64,000 nt of DNA from NCBI RefSeq assembly GCF_040938485.1, contig NW_027270944.1:1488001-1552000 (forward strand), given 5' to 3'. A program made the position numbers and the translations under genes. Positions 25,043-38,189 of the stretch are shown here, piece after piece. Within the stretch, counting starts at the first letter, position 1, and every line of letters starts with the position of its first letter. The DNA comes from Diadema antillarum. Taxonomy: Eukaryota. The notes under the pieces were generated by a model that did not search any database, was not told where the DNA came from, and saw only the letters and a program-made list of their open reading frames with translations.

Positions 25043-27600
25043 TGATTAATTTAGCGGTCATAAAGTGCATCAATGAACAGTCGCCAGACGCGAAAATAAT
25101 GAGAGAAAACTCTATTGTTGTCAGCCATCTCAAATTATAGTTTTCCTTGAAATATCACACATTCTATCCTCTCATCTGTTCCCTTGAGTACACTCTCTAC
25201 AACACAGTCACGCTCTTGATGGCTGATTTTAATCCAGTCAATGCGCCGAGTCTTTCAGATCACCGCATTGTCTATAGGAAACCTATAATGAGCCCCGAAC
25301 AATAGAGAGTCTATGGGAATATGATAATCTCTTTAATGGGCTCATTATAACAGGCGTGCCTACTTCTACGGATAAATTACACTTAATTATAGAGTGCTTT
25401 GACATCCACAGAACATGTAACTGACTAGTTTTGATACATTGTGCATGAGGACGACACTTTATTCAATCTGTCAAACAATTACAATGCATAATAGGTCATA
25501 TCATATCCTGGAATGATATCTTCTAATGTAACATGATCTTAACAACACATAGTTTTATTCATTTTTTATTCTATTGGACATACATTTTTTTTTTTTTTTT
25601 TTTTTAGTCGGTACATATAGTAAAATATAAAGTCTACATAAGACACTTTTTTTCACTCGGCAAGGTTTTAAAAAATTCATGTAAATATGCAAGAAATATA
25701 TAGAATATACATGTAGTCTTGATTTAAGAACATACAGATGAAACATATACGAGTGTCCGTATATCATACAAACACACAAGGTGAAAAACATCTCTGTGTA
25801 CAGGAACTCTGTCACTCAAACCAACTATGGAACACTAAGAGCATCATCTAGTTAGAGTTCTGCATGCAGTGACCTACCATATCTACTATCCACGTCATTC
25901 CATTTTAAACAACCTCGGTAAGAAACATATACACCTGTATCAGAGTTATCTAGATTGCATGTTTGTGTATAATTACATGCAACAACAGCAACAAAAAAGA
26001 TGTTCTGCCACCTTACACAATTCGTGCAATTCACACTTGCCTATTCCTTGAAAAGTGTTTATTTCATTTTTGAAAAATTGAAAAATAGTGTCTCTATGTC
26101 CCATTCTTTTTAATTTCTTTTTTCAAAACAATACTTCAACACAAAAGCAAGCTAATAAATTTCAATGTTGCAGCGATGACAAAGAAATCAATCAATCAAA
26201 TAAAAAAGAAATAAGAACATATATGCATACTCGTAGCTTATAAAAATCAAACGGAATGGAATACCCGTATATTTTCTTAATTGTCAACTGGAAAGCATAA
26301 AATCCCTGAATGGTGCATTTGTGCTGGAGTTTCAAAACTTGTGCTCATGTTAAATCTGTGCACAATTTTTTTTGGCCTAACCTGATAATTGTCCTACCTA
26401 AAGAAAAATGATGAATTATTGGTGTGAGAAAAGTAAGGATGACATTAATCAACATACGCATTTCACATTCTGGACCACTGAAGGGTGTTGCTTCATCTGA
26501 AAATCCTGACATAAACAGTGCAGACAAGGAAGACAGCCTACGCCCGTCACGCCAACTCAGAAGTTCAATGAATAGTAGTAAGCAGTATGGTAGTGAAAAT
26601 GAGAAAATAGGTATTTTATCAATCCCTCTACTTTGATACTTAACCTGTTCCATACTGAATTCTGAAATCCCCATTGCCTTAGTACACAGGCCACCAGGTT
26701 CCCTATGGAATGGGTGAAAGTGTTCACAAGGATAGGAACTGAAGTTATCCTTCATCTTCTTTCTGGAGAAAATGGAAGTGTTCCTACTAGAAGGTTAGCA
26801 AGTATAGTGATCACTTAGTCACACATTGCTATACATTTGGTTCAAGCTAATATGAAATAGTCACACACCACTACACATAAAACTCATGCTGACTACTATC
26901 CGGTGATTTGGATTATTCGAGTACATCTTTTTTGGCCCAACCTACATTCACAGTACATCACTACAGGGTTATGGTTCCAAACTTGTACATGTCATACTGT
27001 ATACGTAGCACCCATTTAAAACTGTACACAGGAAGCATCTGAATCACAAAGGGGACACAATGTCACAGGGAAACAAGATTTAACCCTTTGTGTACTTTGT
27101 CAGAGACTGACAACCTGTCAGGGCTGACAACTTTCATGAAATGTTGTCCAGGTACATTGTCATGGAAAGTGAGAGATACTTTTGGCATTAAATGTGTTTC
27201 ATAAGTTTTGTTATAATTTTGTAAAGACTGTAATGCTGGTGTGTGGTGTTATACCATTCCTTCACACAGGATAGAGAAATGTTGTGCTTGGATTTTATCC
27301 CCGACCACTGAAGACCCTAAAGGGAAATGTTAGGAGCCCATCTTTTGGAGAGAAAAAAAAGAGTAATCTTTCAACAGAATCAATGAAATATACAATGAAA
27401 TATGATTGTGAAAACTAATGCATATTACTTACATTCAAATTATTTAAATATCAATATCAATATCCCATATTCTTTATACTTAACAAACATCTATAAAACT
27501 GAGCCAAGAGGTTGTGATGGAGATGACCAGTTTTGTAAAATGACTTCTTTTCACAAACATCAAAGGACTACACAATATAAAGAGGATCTTTAATATTTAA

Positions 27601-28424
27601 AGGGAGGCAGTCCTGAGATTTTCACTGTACTGATAATTAAGAATAGTAAAAAATATAACCTTTCACCAGTTTATACGGGTGGAAATTAAAATTAAAAACT
27701 GTCTCCGTACGCGATTTTTGACATATAATTCCTGCAGGCGATCATGTAAGAGCCTTTAGAAAGATCCTATGTCGTTGATGCCCTACTCTCAAGTTGACAG
27801 GCGTGCCTCTAAAAACCAATTCAAGTGTTCAAATGATCAGTTGTAATTTTATCATAAAATGTGAAAATATGTGATTTCATTATTTTAAACAAAATATTTT
27901 AAGCTTAGTTAAATATAATTCATGTAAATTAATATTTTAAACATACATCTATGTATATCTTTAAAATCAAATATACCATGTACTTGACATCAAATAGGCA
28001 CTGTCCTTTTCTAGCTTCTGTCCGTGTTGCATACTACTCTGCGTACAAACCACTCTCGCGCGCGAATTCTTACCATACTTATGTACACATAAAGAGATTT
28101 TTATCCTCCCCACCAGTTACTGGGGAAAATCTCTTTGTGTATACAGTACTCCGTCGAGCTGAGTTTGGAGTTCAGACCGAAGATTACCATAACAATTAGC
28201 GTACGCATAACGAGCAGAACACGGCTGGGAAGAGTTGTGCCTCGGTGACATCGGACTCTCCGCCAAGACTTGCTCATTAGCATATTCACCATGCAGATTC
28301 ACACTTTTTCAACAAAAAATTACGAGCTTATCTGGTGATTTGAAAGTTTGTTTTTGGTGAAAGTAGTTCATTTGAGGTACCAACAACAACATATTTTTTT
28401 AGAATTCGTGAGGACTGCCTCACT
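27601..28424. mobile_element. Kolobok-like non-autonomous DNA transposon (824 bp)
   Basis: TTAA flanks (27597-27600, 28425-28428); TIR AGGGAGGCAGTCCT / AGGACTGCCTCACT. Confidence 0.75.
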
Positions 28425-29130
28425 TTAAGTACTGTAGACCTATTGTTTACACCCCATCCAATTTCTCTCTAGCTCTATACATCTGTATCGAAACCTCTAC
28501 CTAACAGATTCTACGGGGTTTTGGTCATCTTGATGAGTAAAATGGGCCGATGGCTTTTCTTACATTTCCATGACCATGCGATAAATGTACAGTATTTCAT
28601 CTCTTTTGGCCAGTGACATATATTTTTCAGGAGAAGACACTGTCATTCACAGCATGTAAGCTGTAGGCAATGAGGTACTAGTACTATGGGATCAAGTCGT
28701 TGTTGAAAATCTATTAAAAAAATGAGGTCATTACGATCACTCTTTCTCTGACCTTTATAGATAATATGACCCCCTTGAACCAACTTCACAACCTTTACTT
28801 CAAGGTTAAAAAAAAAAATACACGACAACACTATTTCAAATACGTGGGCAAACTCTCACAAATTGTACGTGATATGCAAACAGACACACTCACAATCACA
28901 ACAGAAACATACACATATACAGAATAAACTTTCAAAAATAGCATTTGTACACAGTACTTTTTTCATTTCACCACAAAGGTCACAAATGGATCATTGAGAC
29001 TTGGCAGAGTAGAGTCCCAAACCACAATTATATTGCACACAGGGGTAACATGTCCAGCAAGACCGTGCATCATTTCACTCTACATTTTTAAAACCAGGGA
29101 TAGGTATCAACCGCACCACACAGGTGGACT

Positions 29131-32100
29131 TCAGATCTCATAGTTACGAAACTTCTGGAGAGCATCGTTGCCTTTCTCTCTAGACCAGCCGGATGGAAAG
29201 GATGAATCTGAAACAGAGAGAAAAATAAAATAGACAACTGACATCAAAACCAGGGAATCACTTCTCTGTAGCAGAACAAGAAAATCCTACTCTGCAAGCT
29301 TGTCACTTCAGTGACACATGAAATTTATCACAATGGTGGAATTAAAGTGCGCTTCCGTTAAAATGAACACCATTAAGATGAAATTCTTGAAACAATAACA
29401 TAAAAATTCAGGTCCCCTAATTAATACCTATATATATCTTGCACTAGTTGTACTATTCAGCTGTAATGAAATTTGAACAAAATGAAAGCAAACGGGCAGT
29501 CCCGAGGACTTCATTATAATGGGAGTTACCTGCATAGCTGTCAGACAGTATACAAATGATGCACAGGACAGAGTGGATCGGTGAGAATTGGATGCGCAAG
29601 TTTAACTTTGGAACTATTTAAACACACAAGCGTGGTGAGTGGTTTTAGACTGTTCAAAAGTTCAAAAGTTTCAAGAGCATCCACTTCTCACTGATCAACG
29701 AAATAGGCCTGCGCATCATTTGTGTTATAAAAAGGGCCCGTAAATTCATGAAATACAACCATTTCCCGCACCATGCGTCTGGTACACCTACTGCACTATA
29801 CAAGACTTGAGTCATGCGTTCCGATTTTACCGGACGCATATCTCAGTGTGGATCAGTAAAAATCAATGCATGACAATTGACCAATCAGATTGCAGAGATT
29901 CTAAAGCCCATTTTATAACAAACGTTAAGCAACTGTTTGACAGACTGAATACAGACAGCTATTCACTGATAGCAATCAATAGAGACTTTTGAAGCAATAA
30001 AATGATTAAATTACCTGACTGGCAAATTGTGTGATTGTCTTTGATATCATTGCTTCATGAAAGCATGCTAAGTTCTCATTATTCCCTTATAATTATTTTT
30101 CCTAGATTTCATGTACAATGTCCAACATTCTGTTGATTTTGTCAAAGTTACACTTGAGCACAAGTGTCAATTTGCTGTGAGTTGAATACAATGATAAAAT
30201 AAAGCTCCTACAAAGATCCGTACCTATGTAGCATTCTGAGTTTATTTTTGTCACATTGCACAGCTCTCTGTGTTATTTTTGTTAGAGTGTACAACTCACT
30301 TACCTGATATCTAACTTTTTTTGTGAGTTAAACTTAGAAGCAAAAAAAGGGGAAGCCTTTTCCATACTTCCAGTGGATCAGACTTCAGCTAGGTTAACTA
30401 TGGATTCACACTCAATTACACAAGGCTAAATCTGTACAGCTTCAAAATGGGCACGTGCAGTGTATAGAGTACCGAAGTGTTACATCATAACCATTCATCG
30501 CCATGGAAACTGGTTTGAAAGTGTTACGTCATAGCCATTAATTGCCATGGAAGCTGGTTCTAAACAACTGTGACATCATCACTTTGGTACTCCATAACAT
30601 ATGACCACATCCTAAACGTACATACACAACAAATTTCTCAAGTGAATTTAGATTAACGAGGTTGGGTGCAAGGGTGATTATATTTGATGATAGAAAGCAT
30701 CATACGCGCTCTCTCAGTGGGGGAAAACAAATTAGTGGGGGAAAACAAATTAGCAGGGAAATCTGCTCACTAAGCCAAGTAATTCCTGTTTAATGTACAA
30801 CCCAGGTACAATAATGATCTTCATATGCAACATCAGTAAAATAATCTATCAAAATTAGAAAGAGAATTAATTTCACAAACCAGAAACAGGATTATAAATG
30901 TTGAATGCCAGTATATTTGTTCAAAAAAAAAAAAATCTTAAATTTGTGCATTGATGAGGACTGGTATAAAAACATGGCTGACATGAACTCTTGAACAAAA
31001 TTAAAGAATGAAACTTACACTGTGAGAAGCTGTTGGAAGCAGCTCTTTCATCGGTACTGCCTTGGGCTTGTGCAGCATCGGGAACATCTTCTATCATTGG
31101 CTCCTTCTTCTTTCGCACTGCCCAGTGCAGGGTCTGAATAGTGAGCAAATAGAAACACAACATAATCGTTAATCATGAACAACAGATCAGTGTATGCAGT
31201 GTGATGTGATATGATAACACCTTCTCATTCAAAAATGTGAAAAATATGCAGTGCATTACACAAATTTCATGAATGTCATCAAAATGATAACTCATGGCAA
31301 TTCTATAGGATCTATGCCATTTTCAGATTGATTTTGAGAAATACACCATAACTTTGACAAAACCACTTAATTCTACTTTAGCTGCAAATATGAAGTTATA
31401 GTGTAAAAACAAAAACAAACAAATCTACAAAGTTACCAGTTCATTAACTTAGAGCTGTAATCAACATATAAAAAGCATTTGCAAGTTAAACTTCAATTCA
31501 AAATTTCAGTATTTGAAATTTGGAGTTGCACCATCATGGGGAGAGTAGACTTGAAATGCTCACTGTATGGAGGGACCCCCTGGAGGACGTCCACATCTCG
31601 TAGGGAACGGTCAGACCGCTCCTCCTCCATAGGTCATAGTCCTTCCTCAGCTCCTCGTCGGTCAGGGTGTCCCGAGCTTTCTGCAGCTTCTTGAATTTCT
31701 CCACCGCCGACGGGTCGTCGGGACACTTGTCGGGATGGACATCACGCACACGGGCTTTGAACTCCGCATTGATCTGCTCGGTCTGTGGTAAGATAGTCAA
31801 ATTAGCAGATGCCAAGGGCACAATTATTTTGGTGTGCTTTTCTGGTAATCATGAGGATGCACTGAGTTTTAGATTCACAAACACACTAAGTGGCAATTCT
31901 AATCACATGTAGTACGTACATCAATACATCACAGAATGATTTTGGTGCACAAAGGGAAATAGTCGGGCAAAGGGTTCACAGACCAGTGTTAGTGTATGTC
32001 TGTGAACATTCAGATTCCCACTTGTTGAGGGTTACATTTTGAAGGACTTCTTAGAAATTGAGAGCACCTTAAATTTCTCCTTCTTTTTACCAGTACTCTT

Positions 32101-34281
32101 TACTCACTTCTTTTCTCACAAAATCAACATTAATTTACCACAGAGCTTATTTTCCTAAATTTTCTCCATGTACTAAAAAGCAGTTGTCAAGAGAATCAAC
32201 CGATCATATTATTCCGATTCACTCTTGATCCTACAGACTGTACACCCACATTTAGGCAGGTATAAATCTAAACCCGGGGTGTTCCTTGTACACAGTTATA
32301 AATCCATTCAATGAGTGAAAATAGAAGTGGCCAAGTATTGGCAAGGGAAGAGAAAGTGGAGGAACGGGCATGTAAAAATACAGTGAGAGCAACCAAAGAA
32401 AAGTTGCCAGAAATTTCAAACACATCAGTTTTTTGGCTTTTTTTTATTTACATTTTTATTTATTTTTTTTGGGGGGGGGGATGAGGGATGAGTTTAGGAT
32501 GGCGGTATAAAATGAGGCATTCTTTGTCTGGTGACATTGGTAACTTGATACATGATACTTGACAGAATCCATGACATTCATTGATGCAATATGCATAAAA
32601 TATACCAGTTGTAAAATTATGATAAAGTGCAGGCAAACCTGTGTAACAGGACCCAGAAACCCTAACCTGTGTCCGATACTATATATGGGGATTGTTATGA
32701 TGGTGACATGACATTTTCTCCTGTGACAACTGCTCTGGTCATATTTTCTCCGGGGAGCGAGGATCAGGGTAAGGGTTGTGATGGGGTTTTATGTTTAATT
32801 TGATGCGAGAAGTAAGATTAGGGCTAGAGTACTGCGACTGGCCCAAACGCTTTGCGTTCAGGCTGCAAATAATAGGATTTCGGGTCTTGTATGGGTAACA
32901 CTTCACTGTACAAGGTGGAGCCTAGAACAATGCAGAAGGACATGATGTTGCCTAGCCCAACTCGACTGCAAAAAGCCCGAACAGTTACACTGTAACAACT
33001 GACCAAGGGAGCACCCCGGGGTTAAGCCTGACTATACAGTACCATGTGTAGGTCTGAAACAGTTGTGTACAGACAGGGATCTGTATGGTTAGATTTTGCC
33101 TATTAAATGAAAAGCAAACTAAAGACAGCTTCCAAGTATTGGCCATACTTGATCAATAATCTACGTGGCAGTCTTCACAAGAACAACGCGCCCATACACA
33201 GCAAAGTCATCATGCTGTACGAAATTGTCAACTGACTACCATATTCCATGCAATGCTCCACCTTTTCTATCCCTACTCGGATACATCTATAGATAGAAAA
33301 ATCCATCCGTCTGCAGGAGTTGCTCTCTTTTTAGTTTTACAGTTCCCCTCCATCCCGTAGGAGATTCTGTGAAGTCAAACATACAATGTAGTCTCCGCAT
33401 AATGTTACATTCCAGACGATAAAAACAGACTGATTTTTTTTTTTCGGTCACGGATAAAACTAGACTAGAGGACATCCCTTACAATTCATACACAACACTA
33501 CAATATAAACGCTCCGTCCACAAGTAGTGCTACTCGACTAGTTAGCGTGGATGTGTCTTCTCGGACATCTTGCTGACTATCATACACTACAGATACAGAT
33601 ATATACAGAGCTATACACAATCTCTTCCTAGATCTAGGCCTAGCTAGTATACAGACCAGTGTCATCTGCCTGTGGAATGTCCTATAGGTCTATACCTACA
33701 TTATAACTAAGGCCTACAACAATGTTATCACTGTCCATATCATTTCAGCTCCATCTATCTATTGACTGTTCAGTTCCACCCCTCCCTCCACTGCATCTAC
33801 ATCTTGGCTCTTTAGATAATGAGAGAATCTTTTCACATACGTTACACCTATAGTACTAAATTTACTACGTGTTCTTGGGATCACACTCTCACCAACTCAA
33901 CTTTTTTACTCAAGTAAAATAAATTTTACAACAACATAGACCCTCCTCTATATATGTGTCATACATGAAAACTCAACAGCTCAATAACATGACTGCACCA
34001 TCACCACTAGACCAGCCCATGTCATTATCACAGAATACTGTATGTTGTAGCCTGGTACAGTGGTAGTGTTGTAGTATTTCTAGTGGTAGTGGTATCAAAC
34101 AGTGAAATTTTGGAAGAGTCAAAATTGAAAGCTTGTATCAAATTTACAGCATAGGCCCTAAAAGTATAACTGTCAGTTACACTCGTAGTCGTATACTCAC
34201 CGTCGACAGTTCATCACAACCCAGAAGCCAGTAGTAATCGTCCTCTAATTTCCTCTCCACGGCCCAGATGTCGGCCATCAT
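29131..34281 (-). CDS. DNAJC12: DnaJ homolog subfamily C member 12 (J-domain co-chaperone), about 162-163 aa
   Basis: Minus-strand exons 34281/34278-34201, 31782-31564, 31133-31019, 29207-29131, all GT-AG and in phase. DDYYWLLGCDELST..EQINAEFK..HPDK J domain, YDLWRRSG, LHWAV and C-terminal KFRNYEI-stop are characteristic of DNAJC12. Confidence 0.95.
32702..32830 (-). mobile_element. Partial copy of the MITE family at 41046-41264, opposite orientation
   Basis: GGTGACATGACATTTTCTCCTG.. followed by degenerate (TTAGGG)-like repeats aligns with the reverse complement of 41140-41264. Confidence 0.6.
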
Positions 34282-34680
34282 GAGATTAAAAATAGAAATG
34301 TCGATCGTTTTGATGGAGTGAACAAGGGAAGAGTGTGAACATCAAACCGCTTTCCTTCTCTGTCTATCTACACAGCTGTGATGATGTAGCTGTAGCTCCC
34401 TCCTCACTGCACTGCAACTGCACTCACCGCTCACTCCTTGTCCACGCCCACACGTGACGTAATAACCCGACAGGATAGGCAAAACACGCATTGTGCTTGC
34501 AGCACAGGATCTGCGGCATAGCAGCAGCAGCAAGACTGGCCGGCCCGACTGGCCGGCGCGGCGCGGACGGACTCGACAAGGGCAGCAGACTGGACGACTG
34601 ACTAGCTGGAGAAATGCCATGCTACCGGCAAAGATTCTACACACTACACATTGATATTACCAAAGATCTTTGATACGGGT
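34282..34680. promoter_or_regulatory. Putative bidirectional promoter between DNAJC12 and NUDT13
   Basis: Local GC/CpG-rich patch at 34530-34600. Overlapping E-box CACGTGAC (34451-34458) and CRE/ATF-like TGACGTAA (34455-34462). Candidate NUDT13 5' UTR donor at 34679 and acceptor before 35199. Confidence 0.55.
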
Positions 34681-35282
34681 AGGATCTTTGATGCTGCCAC
34701 CACCAGTAAGATTGACTAGTTTAGAGGTTGCCTGCCTGTATCGTGCCATTCATGGCTTTTTTTTTTTCTTCTTTTTTTCAGTTGACCTTGTCTGATTAGT
34801 TGTCATTTCTGAAAGGCATTCTCGTTCGGTTCATAAAAACGTAAAGTTTACTTGTACTAGAAAGTTGTAGATACTGCATGTGTTACGTTGGCAGGGGGTT
34901 CACCGCGGAGTAAGTAAGGTTCTGAAATATTAGATTACAAGGTTGATTTATTTACATTATGGCCCAATAATGAAATGCAAGCTGCAAGTTAATTTTACAA
35001 AACTAACGTTAGACAACTGCGTGAATGTGAGTATGTGGGACCATTAACTTATACTAGATAGAAATAACTGAGGAAAGAAAACTGAATTGTTAAAACAAAG
35101 ACTAAGAAAGAGATATGTCTTGGATCTTTGTCTCTCATTATTTATTTCACTGCTGAAAAGATAACATTCATGAATGTAAAACTGTTTGTGTGTTTCAGAT
35201 CACTGATCGATATCATTATCAACCAAACTGAATTTTCACTTGAGAGTGAGAGAAGAGAAGGAGCATTGATCATTTCATCAAA

Positions 35283-37900
35283 ATGATGGCTGCCACTCTA
35301 CTCAGACCACAGCAACTTCTGCCGATGACGATGTGTGCCAGCTGTTATCACTTTTGCTGGACTACCGCCAGGCAACTGAATGGAGGACCACAAAGTAGAT
35401 GCACACTAGGGACATGGCCCAGGGGCGTGTCCCACTTTGAAAAGCAGTCTCGAGGCATCAAGCATCTATGTCCATTTTTCTCTCTTCAAAAATGTCCAGT
35501 CATCAGATGGGAAAGGACTAACACAGTTAGGGCTGTTGTAACAGAGGCATGCAGATCACGTGTGGCATTCCTCAGCTCGAAATCTTGCGTCACAGCAAAG
35601 CAACAGCAGTCAGGGATATCCCAGTATGTGGCAGGGATGCGCCATCTTGAAAAACTGAGAGAGAATGACAAGCTTTGCGAGGATGCCATGAAAACGGGGG
35701 AGTACGCCGTGTTTTATGACCTCAAAGCACTAGTCCGCATGGATGAAGAATCGAGCAGAATGTCACTTGCCTGGAGAGATGCTTCTGGCAAGTAATAGTG
35801 TGTGTTTGTGTGCTTAGCTATGTTATGATTCGTGTTATGATGTGAGGGTGAGAACAAGATGCAGTATATGAAAGCCACTGAATGAGCCATTTACTAGGTA
35901 CATTTTTTCCCCTCTCGATCTTTTTCCATGTACTTTTACAACATACATTCCACGGTACCATTTGCTGAAGTACTAGATTAAGTCAAGAATTTATGATGAT
36001 TGAGCACTGCACAATTTGATTGTAGGGTAGTCTTTACTTTGAACAGATTGTCTTCAAGATATACCAGTGTTCTGTAGAAAGTATGGAGATTTACAACAAA
36101 CGATGCCTATAAATACTTTGTTAATCATCCTTTGGTTTTGCTCCACATTCAAATGTGCAAACTTGACTCAATTCAGATTAAATCAAATATTGATGTAGGT
36201 TTTCATATTTAAAACAAAACAAGAACAATACAGTCAAATTTCTAGTTGCATAGAATTACATTCAGAAAGTAAAGTTTTCTATAAGAATTGAGGATATGTG
36301 TTGGCCATTCTGTTGTCATCTTGGAGCATCATTCTTCACCTATATACAGATTGCCATACTAATTACCCATCAGGTTTATACTACAAGAACTGTGAAATAG
36401 ACCCTGGAAACAGATAGGTGTTCCGCACATCAGTATGTGTTCTTACCAAAGTCTCATTGCATTGCTGTATAGTCTCTGTCTGTGCATGAACACCAGAAAT
36501 GACTGAAAATCAATGAACATAAATATTTGCATAGCTGTCTCCTCATTGAGAAAGTTTGCAGTCTGATCAATTATGTACATATTTTGTCTTTCTACAGAAA
36601 TGGATGAGATCTTAGCACTGTCTGGGGGCCTGAAGCTTTCTCATGCGGTACTCCTGAACTCTACCAGTCGCGGGTTTCCCGACCGGCCTGCCAAGTTCGC
36701 CCTCAACGTAGCCAAAGGGGATGAGACTTCTCAACAGTCACTAGAGAGTGCAATGGGTGCTCAGGTGTTGGGCATTAGGAGGGCTTTGTTTGGTGTCCGG
36801 AGAAAAGACATTGAGGATCTTCTTCAGGTAATTCTTTTTGATAGATGTAAAAAGGATTGACGTACTACATCTGATGTCTTATGCCATCCTTGTACAACAA
36901 TGTTGCTGATAATAATAATGATGATGATGGAAATGATAAAAGAAGGTAATAGATATGGTAACAATGATGAAAGTAATTATTATTATTATTACAACTACTA
37001 CTTCTATCATCACCATCATCATTAACACTATTATTATTAATACTATCATTTTTCATCATTGTCATCAATATCATGATTATCAGCTCAAATTAGCAACAAA
37101 ATAGCTATGGGTGTATCTTTCGATATCTTTACGTCAGAACAGCTTGATCTGTGTCCCGACTGATGACTTTTTGCATTTTGCCCCTTGTGTGTGCACCAGG
37201 CTTATGCTACTGTATATGCCATTATATTTAGCGAGTCTTAATTTTCATGAATCAGGACTTCCGGACGGTTTTCCAAGTGGTTAGATTCACGTTCATGGAG
37301 TCGTGTATACTAAATGGAGAAATGTGAGCGTGTTCATCACATTTCTATAGGGATCTGAGTCAATATTTACACGTGTCTTAATTTTGCGAATAGCACCCAA
37401 CTTGCGAAATTCGCAAAAATAAAAACCTCGCGAAATATTCAGCATATATACAGTATTTAGCAATGGATATATCCCAAGTGATGAACCAGTATTGTGCTAA
37501 CTGTATTCTAATCCATGCACAATGCAGGCATATGCCATTTTACAGTGGCACTCACTCCAGGGTTTCTGCTCCAAATGTGGCGGCGTCAATGAGAAGAACA
37601 TGGCCGGGAATCGCCGCATCTGCTCCAAGTGTTCGGAGGTCCATTACCCCACGGTGAGAGCTTTTCTGCAGGGGTCGCACTTAACTTTTTTTTAAACTAG
37701 CCAGGCGGACTACTTAGAATCAATTTTTACACTGAAGCAATATTTTGGCTAGCCAGACGGACTAGTTACTTCAGAATTTTATGATTTTTAGCTAGTCCGA
37801 CGTGATTTTGGGTGGCCACTGGCCAACGGACCATTGCTAATTTCGAACCCTGTTTTCTGTCAGTCTCTCTTTCACTCTCCTTCCACCCCTCCTCCCCCTC

Positions 37901-37948
<48 letters not shown>

Positions 37949-38157
37949 CCTACCTACCTACAGTAAATGCAAAATAAAGATTGCCATTTGGAAATTGTTG
38001 AAAATTTTTCTCTCTCAAGATCATAAAAAATATTTGGAGGAATACTAAATTCATACACTCATGTGCAAAATAGAAGGTGCCCCAGCACGAAGAATAAATT
38101 GAATGTGTGAAATTTTCCAAGTTTACTATATCTACAAGTGTATGTCTATATATCTCC

Positions 38158-38189
<32 letters not shown>

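Noticed and set aside
26345-26755. 136-aa minus ORF with KAMGISEFSMEQV resembling [16 protein letters not shown] (possible AKR pseudo-exon)
   Set aside because: My hand-estimated alignment score is about 20 bits, not significant for this search space; no other AKR-like exons found on that strand.
27308-27334. CTGAAGA-CCC-TAAA-GGG-AAATGTT hammerhead-like string
   Set aside because: Stem II only 2-3 bp and no convincing stem I; likely chance.
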